A stretch of 64,000 nucleotides of DNA from Octopus vulgaris (taxonomy: Eukaryota). Both the position numbers and the translations under genes were made by a program. The DNA lies in contig OX597833.1 in the NCBI GenBank assembly GCA_951406725.2, positions 44,516,001 through 44,580,000 on the forward strand. Direction: 5' to 3'. The notes below the pieces were generated by a model. It worked only from the letters and a program-made list of their open reading frames with translations, did not search any database and was not told where the DNA came from. Positions 1 to 13,150 of this stretch are shown here, in pieces. The number at the start of each line of letters is the position of its first letter. The first letter of the stretch is position 1.

Positions 1-625
1 CCCAGTCCATTGTTCGTTGCGAACGTTTAGGCTAAGTTCTGCTGGAAAGCTGTTTACATCAGTCTGGAATCCGTTGACGTGCTCGATTTAGTCCGTCACA
101 TACCTATGTAGAACTTTGATACTCACTGACTCTATGCAAGTGCTATCAATCGAACGGTTTCTACCCAGTGGGTTTCAGAGATCAGGAGCTAGTATGAACA
201 ACGCATCCTTTGTGATTTGAGTTGAGGAAATGATCAATGATTATTTCCACTACAATTATGCCGTATGACTTTATCCGTTCGCCTTCTAACATATAACCTA
301 CTGCCTTTTCTGATCTACTACCCTCTTTTGCTACCACTTTGTTAAAACTAACAAATGAAATTGGGAACATTCAGAATGGCATTCTTAACAATATTCCTAA
401 TTACTAATTACATAGAAATATACATGCATACCCGCATGCAAAAGACATATACGCGCATGAAAATATAGATATACGCATGTCAAAAATATGCAAAAACTAA
501 TACACATACGTATTTAAAACTAAGCTTGCTCACTGATCTGAGGCTAATAGCAACAATTTTTTTTTAAAAAGCGATAAAATATTAACCAATGTGAACCAAC
601 GATAAGTAGCTCAGCTTTTGTTACG

Positions 626-930
626 TCATTCCAAACTGATAGTTCGCGCAATTTCTGTTCCAAATGCTTTGCATGTGAAAGTTGTGTAATCTAAGTCTTT
701 CTCTGTTACAAGGTAGTAATACTCCGCATCTACCACAACAAAGCATTTGTCACTATGTGGAACTATCTGTATTTTATAGAGCTTACGCCATAGATTGGGA
801 GTCCCTATGGTCCATTTAAAAGTGACAGTTGGTGGAGAAGGTAACCCAACAATTGCTGTACATCTGATGATCCATGGTCTTACGAAGGTTTTATCACTGA
901 CCATTTCCAGAGACTGTATATGAGATTTCG
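626..930 (-). CDS. Ig C-like terminal exon, duplicated variant (C1b) of IgSF gene 1
   Basis: Acceptor ttttttccag at 931-932, phase 1. Translates (A)KSHIQSLEMVSDKTFVRPWIIRCTAIVGLPSPPTVTFKWTIG...HSDKCFVVV...TTFTCKAFGTEIARTISLE*, with B-strand Cys, C-strand Trp and F-strand Cys. Five substitutions relative to 4642-4946. Confidence 0.75.
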
Positions 931-1527
931 CTGGAAAAAAATGAATCAATATATGTAATTCTTTCAACAATAAGCCTCACAATAAAATATTGTATATTTA
1001 CACTGATGAAAATTACAATCTTCGTACAACACTGAAATATTTAACAACACTTCCGATGGACCCTTTTCGTTACTGGTTCCAAGTGTTCAAATATCTAACT
1101 TTATAACAAAAGCAATGCTTAAGCAACGTAGAGCCAGACTAATCTGACAATAACTATAGAGACACAGATACAATCATGCACGTATATACATGTGTATGTA
1201 TGTATGTATGTATGTATGTATGTATGTATGTATGTATGTATGTATGTATGTATGTATGTATGTATGTATGTATGTGCATGTTTGAAAGACGCTCCTTTTC
1301 TTTCAATAGAGTCTTCCTTGGAAAACAACTCCAATGGACGTGAGTTGTTTCCGAGCTTTCCATCTACTTTTCTACTGTTTTCGTCACTAAGGAATATTTT
1401 TAGATGTTTGGGAGAATTAATTTTTCAAAACTCTTTACTTTCATATCTATTTTATCTCTCCTCAGCTCTTATGCTGGACACAATCATTTAGAAAATGCGA
1501 ACATTTGAAACGATGTACTCTTTACAC

Positions 1528-1721
1528 TTTTACTTGTTTCAGTCAGTTGACTGCGGCCATGCTGGAGCACCGCCTTTAGTCGAGCAAATCGACCCCGGGA
1601 CTTAGTCTTTATAAGCCCAGTACTTATTCTATCGGGCTCTTTTGCCGAACCGCTAAGTGACGGGGACGTAAACACACCAGCATCGGTTGTCAAGCAATGC
1701 TAGGGGGACAAACACAGACAG

Positions 1722-1754
<33 letters not shown>

Positions 1755-1900
1755 CATATATACGACAGGCTTCTTTCAGTTTGCGTCTACCAAATCCACT
1801 CACAAGGCATTGGTCGGCCCGGGGCTATAGCAGAAGACACTTGCCCAAGATGTCACGCAGTGGGACTGAACCCGGAACCATGTGGTTGGTTAGCAAGCTA
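1528..1900 (-). mobile_element. tRNA-derived CORE-type SINE (family B), 5' truncated
   Basis: Matches the ~420 bp element that recurs through the window (ccgggttcagtccc B-box-like motif, cttgggcaagt core, gactgaaacaagtaaaag tail). Confidence 0.85.
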
Positions 1901-2830
1901 GATGTGTGAACTTTCGTAAACAAAGTTTGTATAGAATTGGAAGCTACCTGTTGGAATGTTTCAGCTATAACGAAAAAAAACACATTCAAAGCGTTCTGAG
2001 ACTATAAGGACACTGCAATTTATCCAACATGCTCCAAATTTTATCGATGATGATCTCGGAAAATCAATGGGAGTCATCACTAAATAAAGTCTGCAATACA
2101 CGGGAAATCCGTTTTATCCATACCAAACAGTTATTTAAGAAGGTTGAAAACCTTCACGAACATGGCAAGCTTTCGTTCTTCTCTGATCAGAAGAACCTCA
2201 ACCAGATGGTTATGTACTGATTTTCTGATGCGTTGAGGTGCTAAGACCTGAATAGATGAAGTACGAAGTGGAAGTCCACCTTCACACAAATCCATGTAAC
2301 TCAAGAATGGATTTCAGGCAATCTTTACTATCATGCAACGCAAAACTTGTATTTCGACAAAAATCTCTTTTTCTTATCGAATTACATTTCGCTTTCGCTA
2401 GATTAGAGTCATTTTATTAAATTACCAAATATTCCTTAAATGTTTCTCGCACCTTATACATCAATTAGCGAAGCATCCACTTCAATCTCCCGAAAGTAGT
2501 ACAACTATGCACTGTACATATTTTCTAGAGTACTTTCAACACACTTAGAAATATTGAATTTCTAAATGTCTCAGAGAGACATGAGCGGTGGTGGGGCGAT
2601 ATAGTGGTTGTATACTGTCAACTCAGCGTGACAAAGGAATCGCACCACTGCTATTTAGCCCTATGAAGCATCGACGCTTCCTGTCGGCTTTGACACATTT
2701 CCTGTGTCCTTATATTTGCAAAGTGGAGGCAAGGACCCCCGCCAGCTAGGATTAGCACCTGAGGACATGCATGTTTCTGGGTCTTGCCCATCATCAGTCC
2801 AGGGTAGTAAGTCCTGCTAGCTGAGATGGC

Positions 2831-3328
2831 TATATAAAACTGTAGTTGTGTGAGTGTCTGTCCCCTTCGATTTAGATTCCTAACTACTCCCACATTTTGC
2901 GGTGCAGTTTAACCAAATTCGGGTATCTTATAGTTGTGATTCATATCGAGCCCGTCTGAGTATTAGCGCGCGTCTACGATGAGTCTACAATTTTTAAAAT
3001 AATTTAACATCATTTTTTATTCCATTTTAATGCATAATTTTTCGTGTGTCAATGGCGGCGGAGTTGGCGTCCATGGTAACACCTGCACCTGTTTGCTTCT
3101 CCCCTTCCTCGTGAAGCTGTAGGGAAGGGAGTGTAAGGAAATCAACGTCGTAAAGCGTTGTCAAGGAGACCAGCGTTCTTTTAGAACAACGACTTCATGG
3201 CTTGAAGACACCAAAATAGAAATGGCTAAGAAAGCCCGAATTGACATCTATAAGGGAAGTAACTCTCTAAAAATGCTTATATAGTTATTTCCCTTACAAA
3301 CCCGAGCAACGCCGGGCGATACGGCTAG
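2831..3328 (+). mobile_element. Non-autonomous Helitron-like element
   Basis: Starts tatataaaactg. Ends with the hairpin cccgagcaacgccggg then CTAG followed by T; the same 3' end is seen at 24692 and 53396. Confidence 0.75.
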
Positions 3329-3786
3329 TAATCTAATAAAAGCTATTTTTTGTATTCGATTATCGGTGACGTCACTGGATAATGAAAGTATAAAAAATAA
3401 ACATAAGAATTCTACGTTACAACAATTAGAGAGACTTCATGCAAATTAGTTATCTATTTATTGAATTTAATAAACAATTTTAGAGAAATCATGCTTATCA
3501 TATAACATATAAAAAGCAATTACAATCAAAAATAGGAATATTTAAAAGCCTTCCGAAATTTGTGGCAACATTTCATTGTAAAATTCCTATCAAAATTTAA
3601 TAAAATTAATTTAGAAGTAATTACGCAGCCTGCTTTCCAACCACATAGCTCCGGGTTCAGTCCCACTGCGTGCAACCTTGATCAAGTGTCTTGTGAGTGA
3701 ATTTCGTTATCGGAAACTAGAAGAAACCCGTCGAATATGCGTGTGTGTCTTCTAGTATGCATCTTGTACGTATGTATATATGTGTA

Positions 3787-3838
<52 letters not shown>

Positions 3839-3926
3839 GTTGCATTACTATGTATGTACGCTTATGTATATACGTGTGAGTTTGAGTGTGTGTGTGTTTA
3901 TGTGTGTGTGTATTTGTGTGTGTGTG

Positions 3927-3979
<53 letters not shown>

Positions 3980-4641
3980 TTGCACTCTGCCGACGATCCA
4001 CATTCAAATTCCACCATCCCCAGTCCATTGTTCGTTGCGAACGTTTAGGCTAAGTTCTGCTGGAAAGCTGTTTACATCAGTCTGGAATCCGTTGACGTGC
4101 TCGATTTAGTCCGTCACATACCTATGTAGAACCTTGATACTCACTGACTCTATGCAAGTGCAATCAATCGAACGGTTTCTACCCAGTGGGTTTCAGAGAT
4201 CAGGAGCTAGTATGAACAACGCATCCTTTGTGATTTGAGTTGAGGAAATGATCAATGATTATTTCCACTACAATTATGCCGTATGACTTTATCCGTTCGC
4301 CTTCTAACATATAACCTACTGCCTTTTCTGATCTACTACCCTCTTTTGCTACCACTTTGTTAAAACTAACAAATGAAATTGGGAACATTCAGAATGGCAT
4401 TCTTAACAATATTCCTAATTAATAATTACATAGAAATATACATGCATACTCGCATGCAAAAGACATATACGCGCATGAAAATATAGATATACGCATGTCA
4501 AAAATATGCAAAAACTAATACACATACGTATTTAAAACTAAGCTTGCTCACTGATCTGAGGCTAATAGCAACAATTTTTTTAAAAAGCGATAAAATATTA
4601 ACCAATGTGAACCAAAGATAAGTAGCTCAGCTTTTGTTACG

Positions 4642-4946
4642 TCATTCCAAACTGATAGTTCGCGCAATTTCTGTTCCAAATGCTTTGCATGTGAAAGTTG
4701 TGTAATCTAAGTCTTTCTCTGTTACAAGGTAGTAATACTCCGCATCTACCACAACAAAGCATTTGTCACTATGTGGAACTCTCTGTATTTTATAGAGCTT
4801 AAGCCATAGATCGGGAGTCCCTATGGTCCATTTAAAAGTGACAGTTGGTGGAGAAGGTAACCCAACAATTGCTGTACATCTGAAGATCCATGGTCTTACG
4901 AAGGTTTTATCACTGACCATTCCCAGAGACTGTATATGAGATTTCG
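4642..4946 (-). CDS. IgSF gene 1 exon 3, Ig C-like domain with stop (C1a)
   Basis: AG acceptor at 4947-4948, phase 1, in frame with V exon 7519-7199. Motifs RCTAIVGLP, FKW, KCF, FTC; ends in TGA. Confidence 0.88.
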
Positions 4947-5539
4947 CTGGAAAAAAATGAATCAATATATGTAATTCTTTCAACAATAAGCCTCACAATA
5001 AAATATTGTATATTTACACTGATGAAAATTACAATCTTCGTACAACACTGAAATATTTAACAACACTTCCGATGGACCCTTTTCGTTACTGGTTCCAAGT
5101 GTTCAAATATCTAACTTTATAACAAAAGCAATGCTTAAGCAACGTCGAGCCAGACTAATCTGACAATAACTATAGAGACACAGATACAATCATGCACCTA
5201 TATACATGTGTATGTATGTATGTATGTATGTATGTATGTATGTATGTATGTATGTATGTATGTATGTATGTATGTATGTATGTATGTGCATGTTTGAAAG
5301 ACGCTCCTTTTCTTTCAATAGAGTCTTCCTTGGAAAACATCTCCAATGGACGTGAGTTGTTTCCGAGCTTTCCATCTACTTTTCTACTGTTTTCGTCACT
5401 AAGGAATATTTTTAGATGTTTGGGAGAATTAATTTTTCAAAACTCTTTACTTTCATATCTATTTTATCTCTCCTCAGCTCTTATGCTGGACACAATCATT
5501 TAGAAAATGCGAACATTTGAAACGATGTACTCTTTACAC

Positions 5540-5912
5540 TTTTACTTGTTTCAGTCAGTTGACTGCGGCCATGCTGGAGCACCGCCTTTAGTCGAGCAAA
5601 TCGACCCCGGGACTTAGTCTTTATAAGCCCAGTACTTATTCTATCGGGCTCTTTTGCCGAACCGTTAAGTGACGGGGACGTAAACACACCAGCATCGGTT
5701 GTCAAGCAATGCTAGGGGGACAAACACAGACAGACAGACAGACACACACACATATATATATATATATACATATATACGACAGGCTTCTTTCAGTTTGCGT
5801 CTACCAAATCCACTCACAAGGCATTGGTCGGCCCGGGGCTATAGCAGAAGACACTTGCCCAAGATGTCACGCAGTGGGACTGAACCCGGAACCATGTGGT
5901 TGGTTAGCAAGC
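5540..5912 (-). mobile_element. SINE family B copy (inside the duplication)
   Basis: Duplicate of 1528-1900. Confidence 0.85.
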
Positions 5913-7198
5913 TAGATGTGTGAACTTTCGTAAACAAAGTTTGTATAGAATTGGAAGCTACCTGTTGGAATGTTTCAGCTATAACGAAAAAAACACATTC
6001 AAAGCGTTCTGAGACTATAAGGACACTGCAATTTATCCAACATGCTCCAAATTTTATCGATGATGATCTCGGAAAATCAATGGGAGCCATCACTAAATAA
6101 AGTCTGCAATACACGGGAAATCCGTTTTATCCATACCAAACAGTTATTTAAGAAGGTTGAAAACCTTCACGAACATGGCAAGCTTTCGTTCTTCTCTGAT
6201 CAGAAGAACCTCAACCAGATGGTTATGTACTGATTCTTCTGATGCGTTGAGGTGCTAAGACCTGAATAGATGAAGTACGAAGTGGAAGTCCACCTTCACA
6301 CAAATCCATGTAACTCAAGAATGGATTTCAGGCAATCTTTACTATCATGCACCGCAAAACTTGTATTTCGACAAAAATTTCTTTTTCTTATCGAATTACA
6401 TTTCGCTTTCGCTAGATTAGAGTAATTTTATTAAATTACCAAATATGTCCTTAAATGTTTCTCGCACCTTATACATCAATTAGCGAAGGCATCCACTTCA
6501 TTCTCCCGAAAATAGCACAACTATGCACTGTACATATTTTCTAGAGTACTTTCAACACACTTAGAAATATTGAATTTCTAAATGTCTCAGAGAGACATGA
6601 GCGGTGGTGGGGCGATATAGTGGTTGTATACTGTCAACTCAGCGTGACAAAGGAATCACACCACTGCTATTTAGCCCTAGGAAGCATCGACGCTTCCTGT
6701 CGGCTTTGACACATTTCCTGTGTCCTTATATTTGCAAAGGGGAGGCAAGGACCCCCGCCAGCTAGGATTAGCACCTGAAGACATGCATGTTTCTGGGTCT
6801 TGCCCATCATCAGTCCAGGGTAGTAAGTCCTGCTAGCTGAGATGGCTGCAACCGCTTTTCAAATATGTAATATTTTCAGTGAAATTTATTCACTGGTTAC
6901 CAAAATTAGAAATATTGAATTTTTAAAATGTCTCAGAGAGACATGAGCGGTGGTGGGGCGATATAGTGATTGTATACTGTCAACTCAACGTGACAGTCCC
7001 GTAAAGGGAATCACACCACCTCTATTTAGCCCTAGGAAGCATCGAATATATTTCAACACACTGAAAAACAGAAATCTTAAAACAAAAATAAGGTTGAACA
7101 TGCCCAAGGCAACGCATGAAGAGCCTGCAATAAAAATACGCTTCTGAAAATCAATCAATAATGGAACTGCATTAGTAAAAGCAAGTAGTAAAACTGAC

Positions 7199-7519
7199 CT
7201 TTCATAAACTTAGCTTTCGAATTTTCTGAGGAAGTGCCACATTTGTAGTATGCTACATCTTTGCAAGTGGGATTTCGTTTCCAACAGGTAACTACACCTT
7301 CATTACAATAAGTTAAAGTACACTTGAAACCATCCTTACTGAATTTTGTTTCAAATATGCGTGTGGGCCTGTGGCATTCAAGATATACAACTATAACATC
7401 GTTTCTAAATAGTTTGAAATTAAGACGATGCCCCGCATTATACTGACATGTCATAGTTATTTGAGATGTCTCTCCAAAGCGAATACCATCATCAGGCGTC
7501 ATTTTCGTTATCGCAAAAT
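7199..7519 (-). CDS. IgSF gene 1 exon 2, Ig V-like domain
   Basis: Acceptor ttacttgtag, donor AAAG|gtcagt, 321 nt, phase 1-1. FAITKMTPDDG...ITMTCQY...KDGFKC...TCWKRNPTCKDVAYYKCGT carries the V-set D-x-x-x-Y-x-C motif. Confidence 0.9.
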
Positions 7520-7573
7520 CTACAAGTAATAAATAAATGAGAGATAGATTTTTTTTTTTAATATATCATTTTA

Positions 7574-7750
7574 GAAGAAGAAGAAGAAGAAGAAGAAGAA
7601 GAAGAAGAAGAAGAAGAAGAAGAAGAAGAAGGAGGAGGAGGAGGAGGAGGAGGAGGAGGAGAAGAAGAAGAAGAAGAAGAAGAAGAAGAAGAAGAAGAAG
7701 GAGGAGGAGGAGGAGGAGGAGGAGGAGGAGAAGAAGAAGAAGAAGAAGAA

Positions 7751-7781
<31 letters not shown>

Positions 7782-7949
7782 GAGAAGAAGAAGAAGAAGA
7801 AGAAGAAGAAGAGGAGGAAGAAGAAGAAGAAGAAGAAGAAGAAGAAGAAGAAGAAGAAGAAGAAGAAGAAGAAGAAGAAGAAGAAGAAGAAGAAGAAGAA
7901 GAAGAAGAAGAAGAAGAAGAAGAAGAAGAAGAAGAAGAAGAAGAAGAAG

Positions 7950-7979
<30 letters not shown>
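7574..7979. repeat. (GAA)n/(GGA)n trinucleotide tract, ~400 bp
   Basis: Directly visible; source of the poly-R/S/L/F ORFs. Confidence 0.98.
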
Positions 7980-7982
<3 letters not shown>

Positions 7983-8215
7983 ATAACGCCACTGAACAAG
8001 ATTAACGAAAAGCAAACGACAGACCAAGCTAAGCGAGGAAACGGCAAGAAGTAAATGAGAAGAAGAGAGTGAACACAAGTCAAACGAAGGAAAAGGGAAA
8101 AGAGTGACAGTAGAAAACAAGGAAAGGTCTGCAGAGAAAATGAGTGAGGAGTTAGAAGCAAAAAAAAACAATCAAAAAGAAAAGGAGCTGTCGAAAACAA
8201 AAGAAATAGACAGTA

Positions 8216-8628
8216 AGGCGGCGAGTTGGCAGAAATGTTAGCACGCCGGGCGAAATGCTTAGCGGTATTTCGTCTGTCGTTACGTTCTGAGTTCAAATTC
8301 CGCCGAGGTCGACTTTGCCTTTCATCCTTTCGGGGTCGATAAATTAAGTACCAGTTACGCATTGGGATCGATGTAATCGACTTAATACCTATGTCTGTCC
8401 TTGTTTGTCCCCTCTGTGTTTAGCCCCTTGTGGGTAATAAAGAAATAGGTATATCGTCTGTCGTTACGTTCTGAGTTCAAATTCCGCCGAGTTTGACTTT
8501 GCCTTTCATCCTTTCGGGGTCGATAAATTAAGTACCAGTTACGCATTGGGATCGATGTAATCGACTTAATCCCTTTGTCTGTCCTTGTTTGTCCCCTCTG
8601 TGTTTAGCCCCTTGTGGGTAAAAAGAAA
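8216..8628 (+). mobile_element. tRNA-derived SINE family A, two tandem units
   Basis: ggcggcgagttggcagaa head with A/B-box-like motifs (gagttcaaattcc); central gcctttcatcctttcggggtcgataaa. Confidence 0.85.
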
Positions 8629-8815
8629 CATATATACCTGCCTGTACCGATATTCGGAAGCATGTACAGAAGAAGAATTATGTGTGAGACAGGAATAATA
8701 GGATGAAAAACAATTACACAAAATCATAGGTAATCAAAGGATAAAGGAGGCAAGACTAAAACTGAGTCGTGGAGGTGAAAAAAATAATATGTGACTGATT
8801 TAAGTCTTGACTTAC

Positions 8816-8864
8816 AGGCGGAGGTGTAAGAAGCCATCATCAGTATTTTTATAACTAACAGCAT
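8816..8864 (-). CDS. IgSF gene 1 exon 1, signal-peptide (leader) exon
   Basis: ATG...MLLVIKILMMASYTSA plus 1 nt, then gtaagt donor (49 nt, phase 1). Hydrophobic core with a T-S-A cleavage-like end. Paralogues at 27048, 33149 and 35910. Confidence 0.85.
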
Positions 8865-9352
8865 TGTTGGTGTTATCGACAGATGGTGAAATGAGTGTCG
8901 GCTCCCAGCAACTGAAATATAACCAGTAAATCCGCATGGTTTTATTTTGTACGATGTGGAAGGAATGAACGAAGAAAATTACAAAAATGATGATAGAATG
9001 TGTATGAACGTAGGCAAACTAATATCCTTCGCACCAGTAAAAGAATGTAAAACACCTGTTGCCATTATGATACTGTGAATACATCAATAGAAAGCATTAT
9101 AATTGAATTACATAGTGTGAATTATTGCGTAATAACTCGTCTATTATAAGTAGTGATTGATTTACGAACATAGCACAAATAGAAAGTTTGAAAGTTCTGA
9201 AACTGGTTTCTTTCTTTCCCTCGTTTTTATTAAATTTTTGGCTTTTATATTAAAAATGATCATTTCTTTAAAATTATTCTACAAAATGATGTATTTACAA
9301 TATTTGTCTATGAAAAGTATTTTCGATATTGCATACATATATATGTGGGTGG

Positions 9353-9381
<29 letters not shown>

Positions 9382-9383
<2 letters not shown>

Positions 9384-9685
9384 GAGGCACATGGCCTCGT
9401 GGTTAGAGCAGCGGACCCGCGGTCGACGGATCGTGAGTTCGAACCTCAGACCGGGCGATGTGTGTGTGTTTATGCGCGAAAACACCTAAACTCCACGCGG
9501 CTCCAGCAGAAGGTAATGGCGAACTTCTGCTGACTCTTTCGCCACAACTTTCTCTCACTCTTTCCTCTTTCATCTTGCAACTCACCTGCGACGGACCGGA
9601 GTTCCGTCCAGGTGGGGAACCTATACGCCAGGGAAATCGGGAAACAGGCACTTATGAGCAAGGCGTGGCTCGAGAAGAAGCAAAC
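9382..9685 (+). mobile_element. tRNA-derived SINE (family C)
   Basis: tRNA-like head (tggcctcgtggttagagc...gagttcgaacc) followed by a non-tRNA body and simple-repeat tail. Confidence 0.7.
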
Positions 9686-9686
9686 A

Positions 9687-9725
<39 letters not shown>

Positions 9726-9959
9726 TTTGATGTAGGATAACATTTTTTCGAAAAAAAATTTTAGCAATGGCCAGCATATTAAAAAATACCTTTAAAAGTT
9801 AAATTTATAAACAACTTATAAATAAGGGTAAACGAAAAAAATTCTAATGCCAAATATTCCGAAATTAGACACATTGTCCATAACCATTATAATTTTTCAC
9901 AATACGCACGCTACTCGAAAATGGTCGACAGGAATTTCTAAAAAATTCCATTATTACCA

Positions 9960-11200
9960 ACCCTAGGAATAATATATATTGTCCACAGTTTCGTGCAGGT
10001 GGTTACACAGAACTCAAGATATTACGACGTGCTTGCAGCAAGAAAAATCATTCATAATTTTCTCGATACGCTTCGCGAAAAGCGCATGGTTCGTAGTAGG
10101 GCTCGATCACTGAAATACATGGACTGGGATTTGCACAGAATCAGCGTGTATAAAGGCCCCACAGATCTCTAACTTACTTCAAAGAGCACGTCAAATGGTT
10201 CCAGACAATGGTGAAAACATGGACAGGAGTTGCACATACACAGATAACACTTAGGTATCTGACGGACTGCGAGGAGCAGGCCAAATGTTTCCAGATAATG
10301 GTAGCGGTTTTACAGAAGTACTTGGCCTAAATATTTTCAAGAAACATCGGATTAGAGATGGTGAATTTTGAGCCTGGATAGTTGTTACAAAGTACTGTAA
10401 CTTCCGTGAGCTATTGAAATTGCGCTGAATTAAACATTCACTCCATCAAAGATGCTTTTTTCTCATTTTCTCTCGATGTTCTCACTCTTGAGTATCTTAC
10501 TGCTCAGTTATAGATATTGAAAGCCATATCGCTCTATCTAAGATGCAGGAGGAGGAACCGTATCTGCAAATGCGGGAAGTGACCCTATAATGGTGTCAGC
10601 ACTTTACCGAATGCGTGCGAGATGGTAGCATGATTACGCGTTATTGATACGTCAGGTTGGTATTGTTTAAATTAAAATTGAGATGAATTTGCGATCATCG
10701 TAACCAGTCTCACTTAAAAATGTGTTGAGCAAAAGATGGTTTGAAAGATTAAACGATGATGATTAATGTATTACCGACTAACGGTTAACCTCGTCATAAG
10801 AATTCTCTGAGTAGATTGAAATCAATGCAAGGTTTCCCGGTTCAAGAGATCTATCAACACAAAACATTTATTTCTTGTTGGTGAGAGTGATGATGCGAAG
10901 GTACGTGAAAATACTGTGCAAAGGCTTCCCAATAAACCAGTTAGGCAGATATGAACGTCAGTTAAACATATCTTACTCCAGCTATTCTTCTTCACCGAGC
11001 TTTTTTCTTGGGACAAGGGCTGATAGAAATATATGAGGTTTGATTTTTGAATGTTTCTAGCTACTCACCCTCTTTACTGGCGGGACGTTGAAGCCGGTGA
11101 AATGTCAAATTTCTTATTTAGATGGAAAATAGGGGCCATGACTGACGATGAAATAGAAAACCTTCTTGATATCTTCAGGGTGTTGAAGCGAAGATTCTAC
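9960..11200 (+). repeat. Unidentified diverged dispersed repeat, homologous to 41590-42950
   Basis: Shared blocks such as gtccaca.tttcgtg, ttttctcattttctctc.atgttctcactcttgag and gatgatgcgaaggtacgtgaaaatact. Confidence 0.75.
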
Positions 11201-11859
11201 TTGGTGATAATGCCCGAATGTAGGAATGTTTCAAAAAGTACTTTTGGGATGAGGTCACATTGCCTGATTGCTATGAATTTTACAATCATGTCTATGTGTG
11301 TGCAGCCAGCAACCGAACTTGTGATGTCTATGAGTGTGCAGCCAAAAACCAAGAAGGCTGCAGAGTGACGAAACGTCTGGTCAGATCTCATTCAGTCCAT
11401 GCTTTTCTAAATTTTAGCATTGCCTGTGTGGGATAAATTTTGGGATTCAGCGATTCAATACGTCAATCGAAAATATCAGCACGACGCTTATCTTTAACAA
11501 GCAAAAGTATGAATTCATCTTTTCCTGTCTGGAGGTTATGATAAAGGAATTCATACGATGAACAAGGTTGAAAGATTTGAGAACATAGGTTATTTTCCTC
11601 TCTAACCAAGTCTTAAAGGGCCACTTGAAAAAGAACGTAAAGGAAGATAGTGAGTTACTGTCCTTCAATATATTTTTAAAACGGTGGAAGAAATGGCGGT
11701 ATTATGGTTAGATGGTTACAGGCTAATTATGTGACTGTAGGTTGGCGGTAAAATCTGCAGAAACGCATTTTTATTTCATGTATAAGATTAATCAGGTTTT
11801 GTTACGTTTCATTCTGTAGACTCGTTATTGTGCTATTATTAAATGATATTATAATTAAT

Positions 11860-12090
11860 GGCGGCGAGCTGGTAGAATCTTTAGCACGCCGGGCGAAATG
11901 CTTAGCGGTATTTCGTCTGCCGTTAGGTTCTGAGTTCAAATTCCGCCGAGGTCGACTTTGCATTTCATCTTTTCGGGGTCGATTAAATAAGTACCAGTTA
12001 CGCACTGGGGTCGATATAATCGACTTAATCCGTGTGTCTGTTCTTGTTTGTCCCCTCTGTGTTTAGCCCCTTGTGGGTAGTAAAGAAATA
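11860..12090 (+). mobile_element. SINE family A
   Basis: Full-length match to family A. Confidence 0.85.
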
Positions 12091-12774
12091 GATATTATAA
12101 TTAATTAATTCTTATTTTCCAAAAGGCAACCTTTCTCTTCTACTATACTTGGATGTTGTTTTAGAACAGGGAACACTCCGTTATTTTCTTTGAAAGGACC
12201 TGTTGGATGGGCTCGTGATGCATAACTGTACTCGTATTTATATCATTGACAGAGGAAAACCGACTGCTGCGATCGCTGAGATTGCCCACTCACGTGAATT
12301 CGCCTTGTTTGAGGCACCTCAACGACAAGCATCCTGTAGCCACACAACAGCTGATTCTCCAGTGAAAGATATATATAGAATATCAGTGTCTATTCAGGCA
12401 CGGATGTCCCATATAGCCAGTGGGCTTATTCAGGACATATTGTGAAATCACGTGATATGGCAGGTCAGGTAGCCCCAAAAGACGATTACCGTGTATTCAG
12501 TGCTTGAATAGACACTTATATTCGTTAACGGAAGAGATTCGGCTGTTATGTTGCTGCTGGATGTCTGCCACTGTGCAATCACGTGATCTAGCAGTTCCGG
12601 TGGTCGTATCAGAGATAATCGTCTGTCAAAGATATAAACACGAGTGCCTTTATGCTACACCATCTCATATGACAGGTCCTCTCAAGGTAAAGAATGCAGT
12701 ATTCCGTGTTCAATATTTCTTTATTGGTTTTTTTTGAGCTCACCCTTATATTCGATATAAATCCATTTTATGTT

Positions 12775-13150
12775 CCACAGTTTGAGCGTCCAGTTTGACC
12801 CTACTTGAAGGGTCAGATTTCCTTTACAAACAAGGAGAGAGGTTCACAATTAAAACCAACTTCACCTGTGCCTCTGAGAACCTAATTTATGTAATAACTT
12901 GCTCGGGTTGTGGACAACCCGAGCAAGTTATTTGTTTTCGTACACATTCGCTTGCTTTCTCCCAAAAGATCTAATGTTCTTAGCTTAGAATTTGAGGGCA
13001 AACCACATTTAAACAATCTCAAGTGTAACCGGCCGAAACTGTAAGGATGACCTGCATACTTGACTGATGAGAGAAGGCTGCGAATAACCCGTCCTAGTTT
13101 TTCCTGTCCACCTTTTTGTTGTTTTTCTAGCCCGGCTTTTTATTGTCTAT
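12775..13150 (+). mobile_element. Penelope-like (Neptune-type) retroelement fragment
   Basis: Translates KQGERFTIKTNFTCASENLIYVITCSGCG, the Cys-rich start of the GIY-YIG domain typical of Neptune PLEs. Confidence 0.6.

Larger units (their letters stand above)
1..6847. repeat. Recent ~4.0 kb-period tandem segmental duplication (1-2831 vs 4019-6847) containing the C exon
   Basis: Near-identical sequence at offset ~4016-4018. Identity ends at gctgagatggct (2831/6847). Confidence 0.95.

Noticed and set aside
1697-1909. Recurrent peptides RQASFSFRLPNPLTRHWSARGYSRRHLPK and FKFRRGRLCLSSFRGR
   Set aside because: Chance translations of SINE families B and A.
7537-8362. Poly-R/S/L/F ORFs
   Set aside because: Translations of the GAA/GGA microsatellite.
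9382-9455. Functional tRNA gene
   Set aside because: The tRNA-like head runs into a SINE body without a proper terminator.
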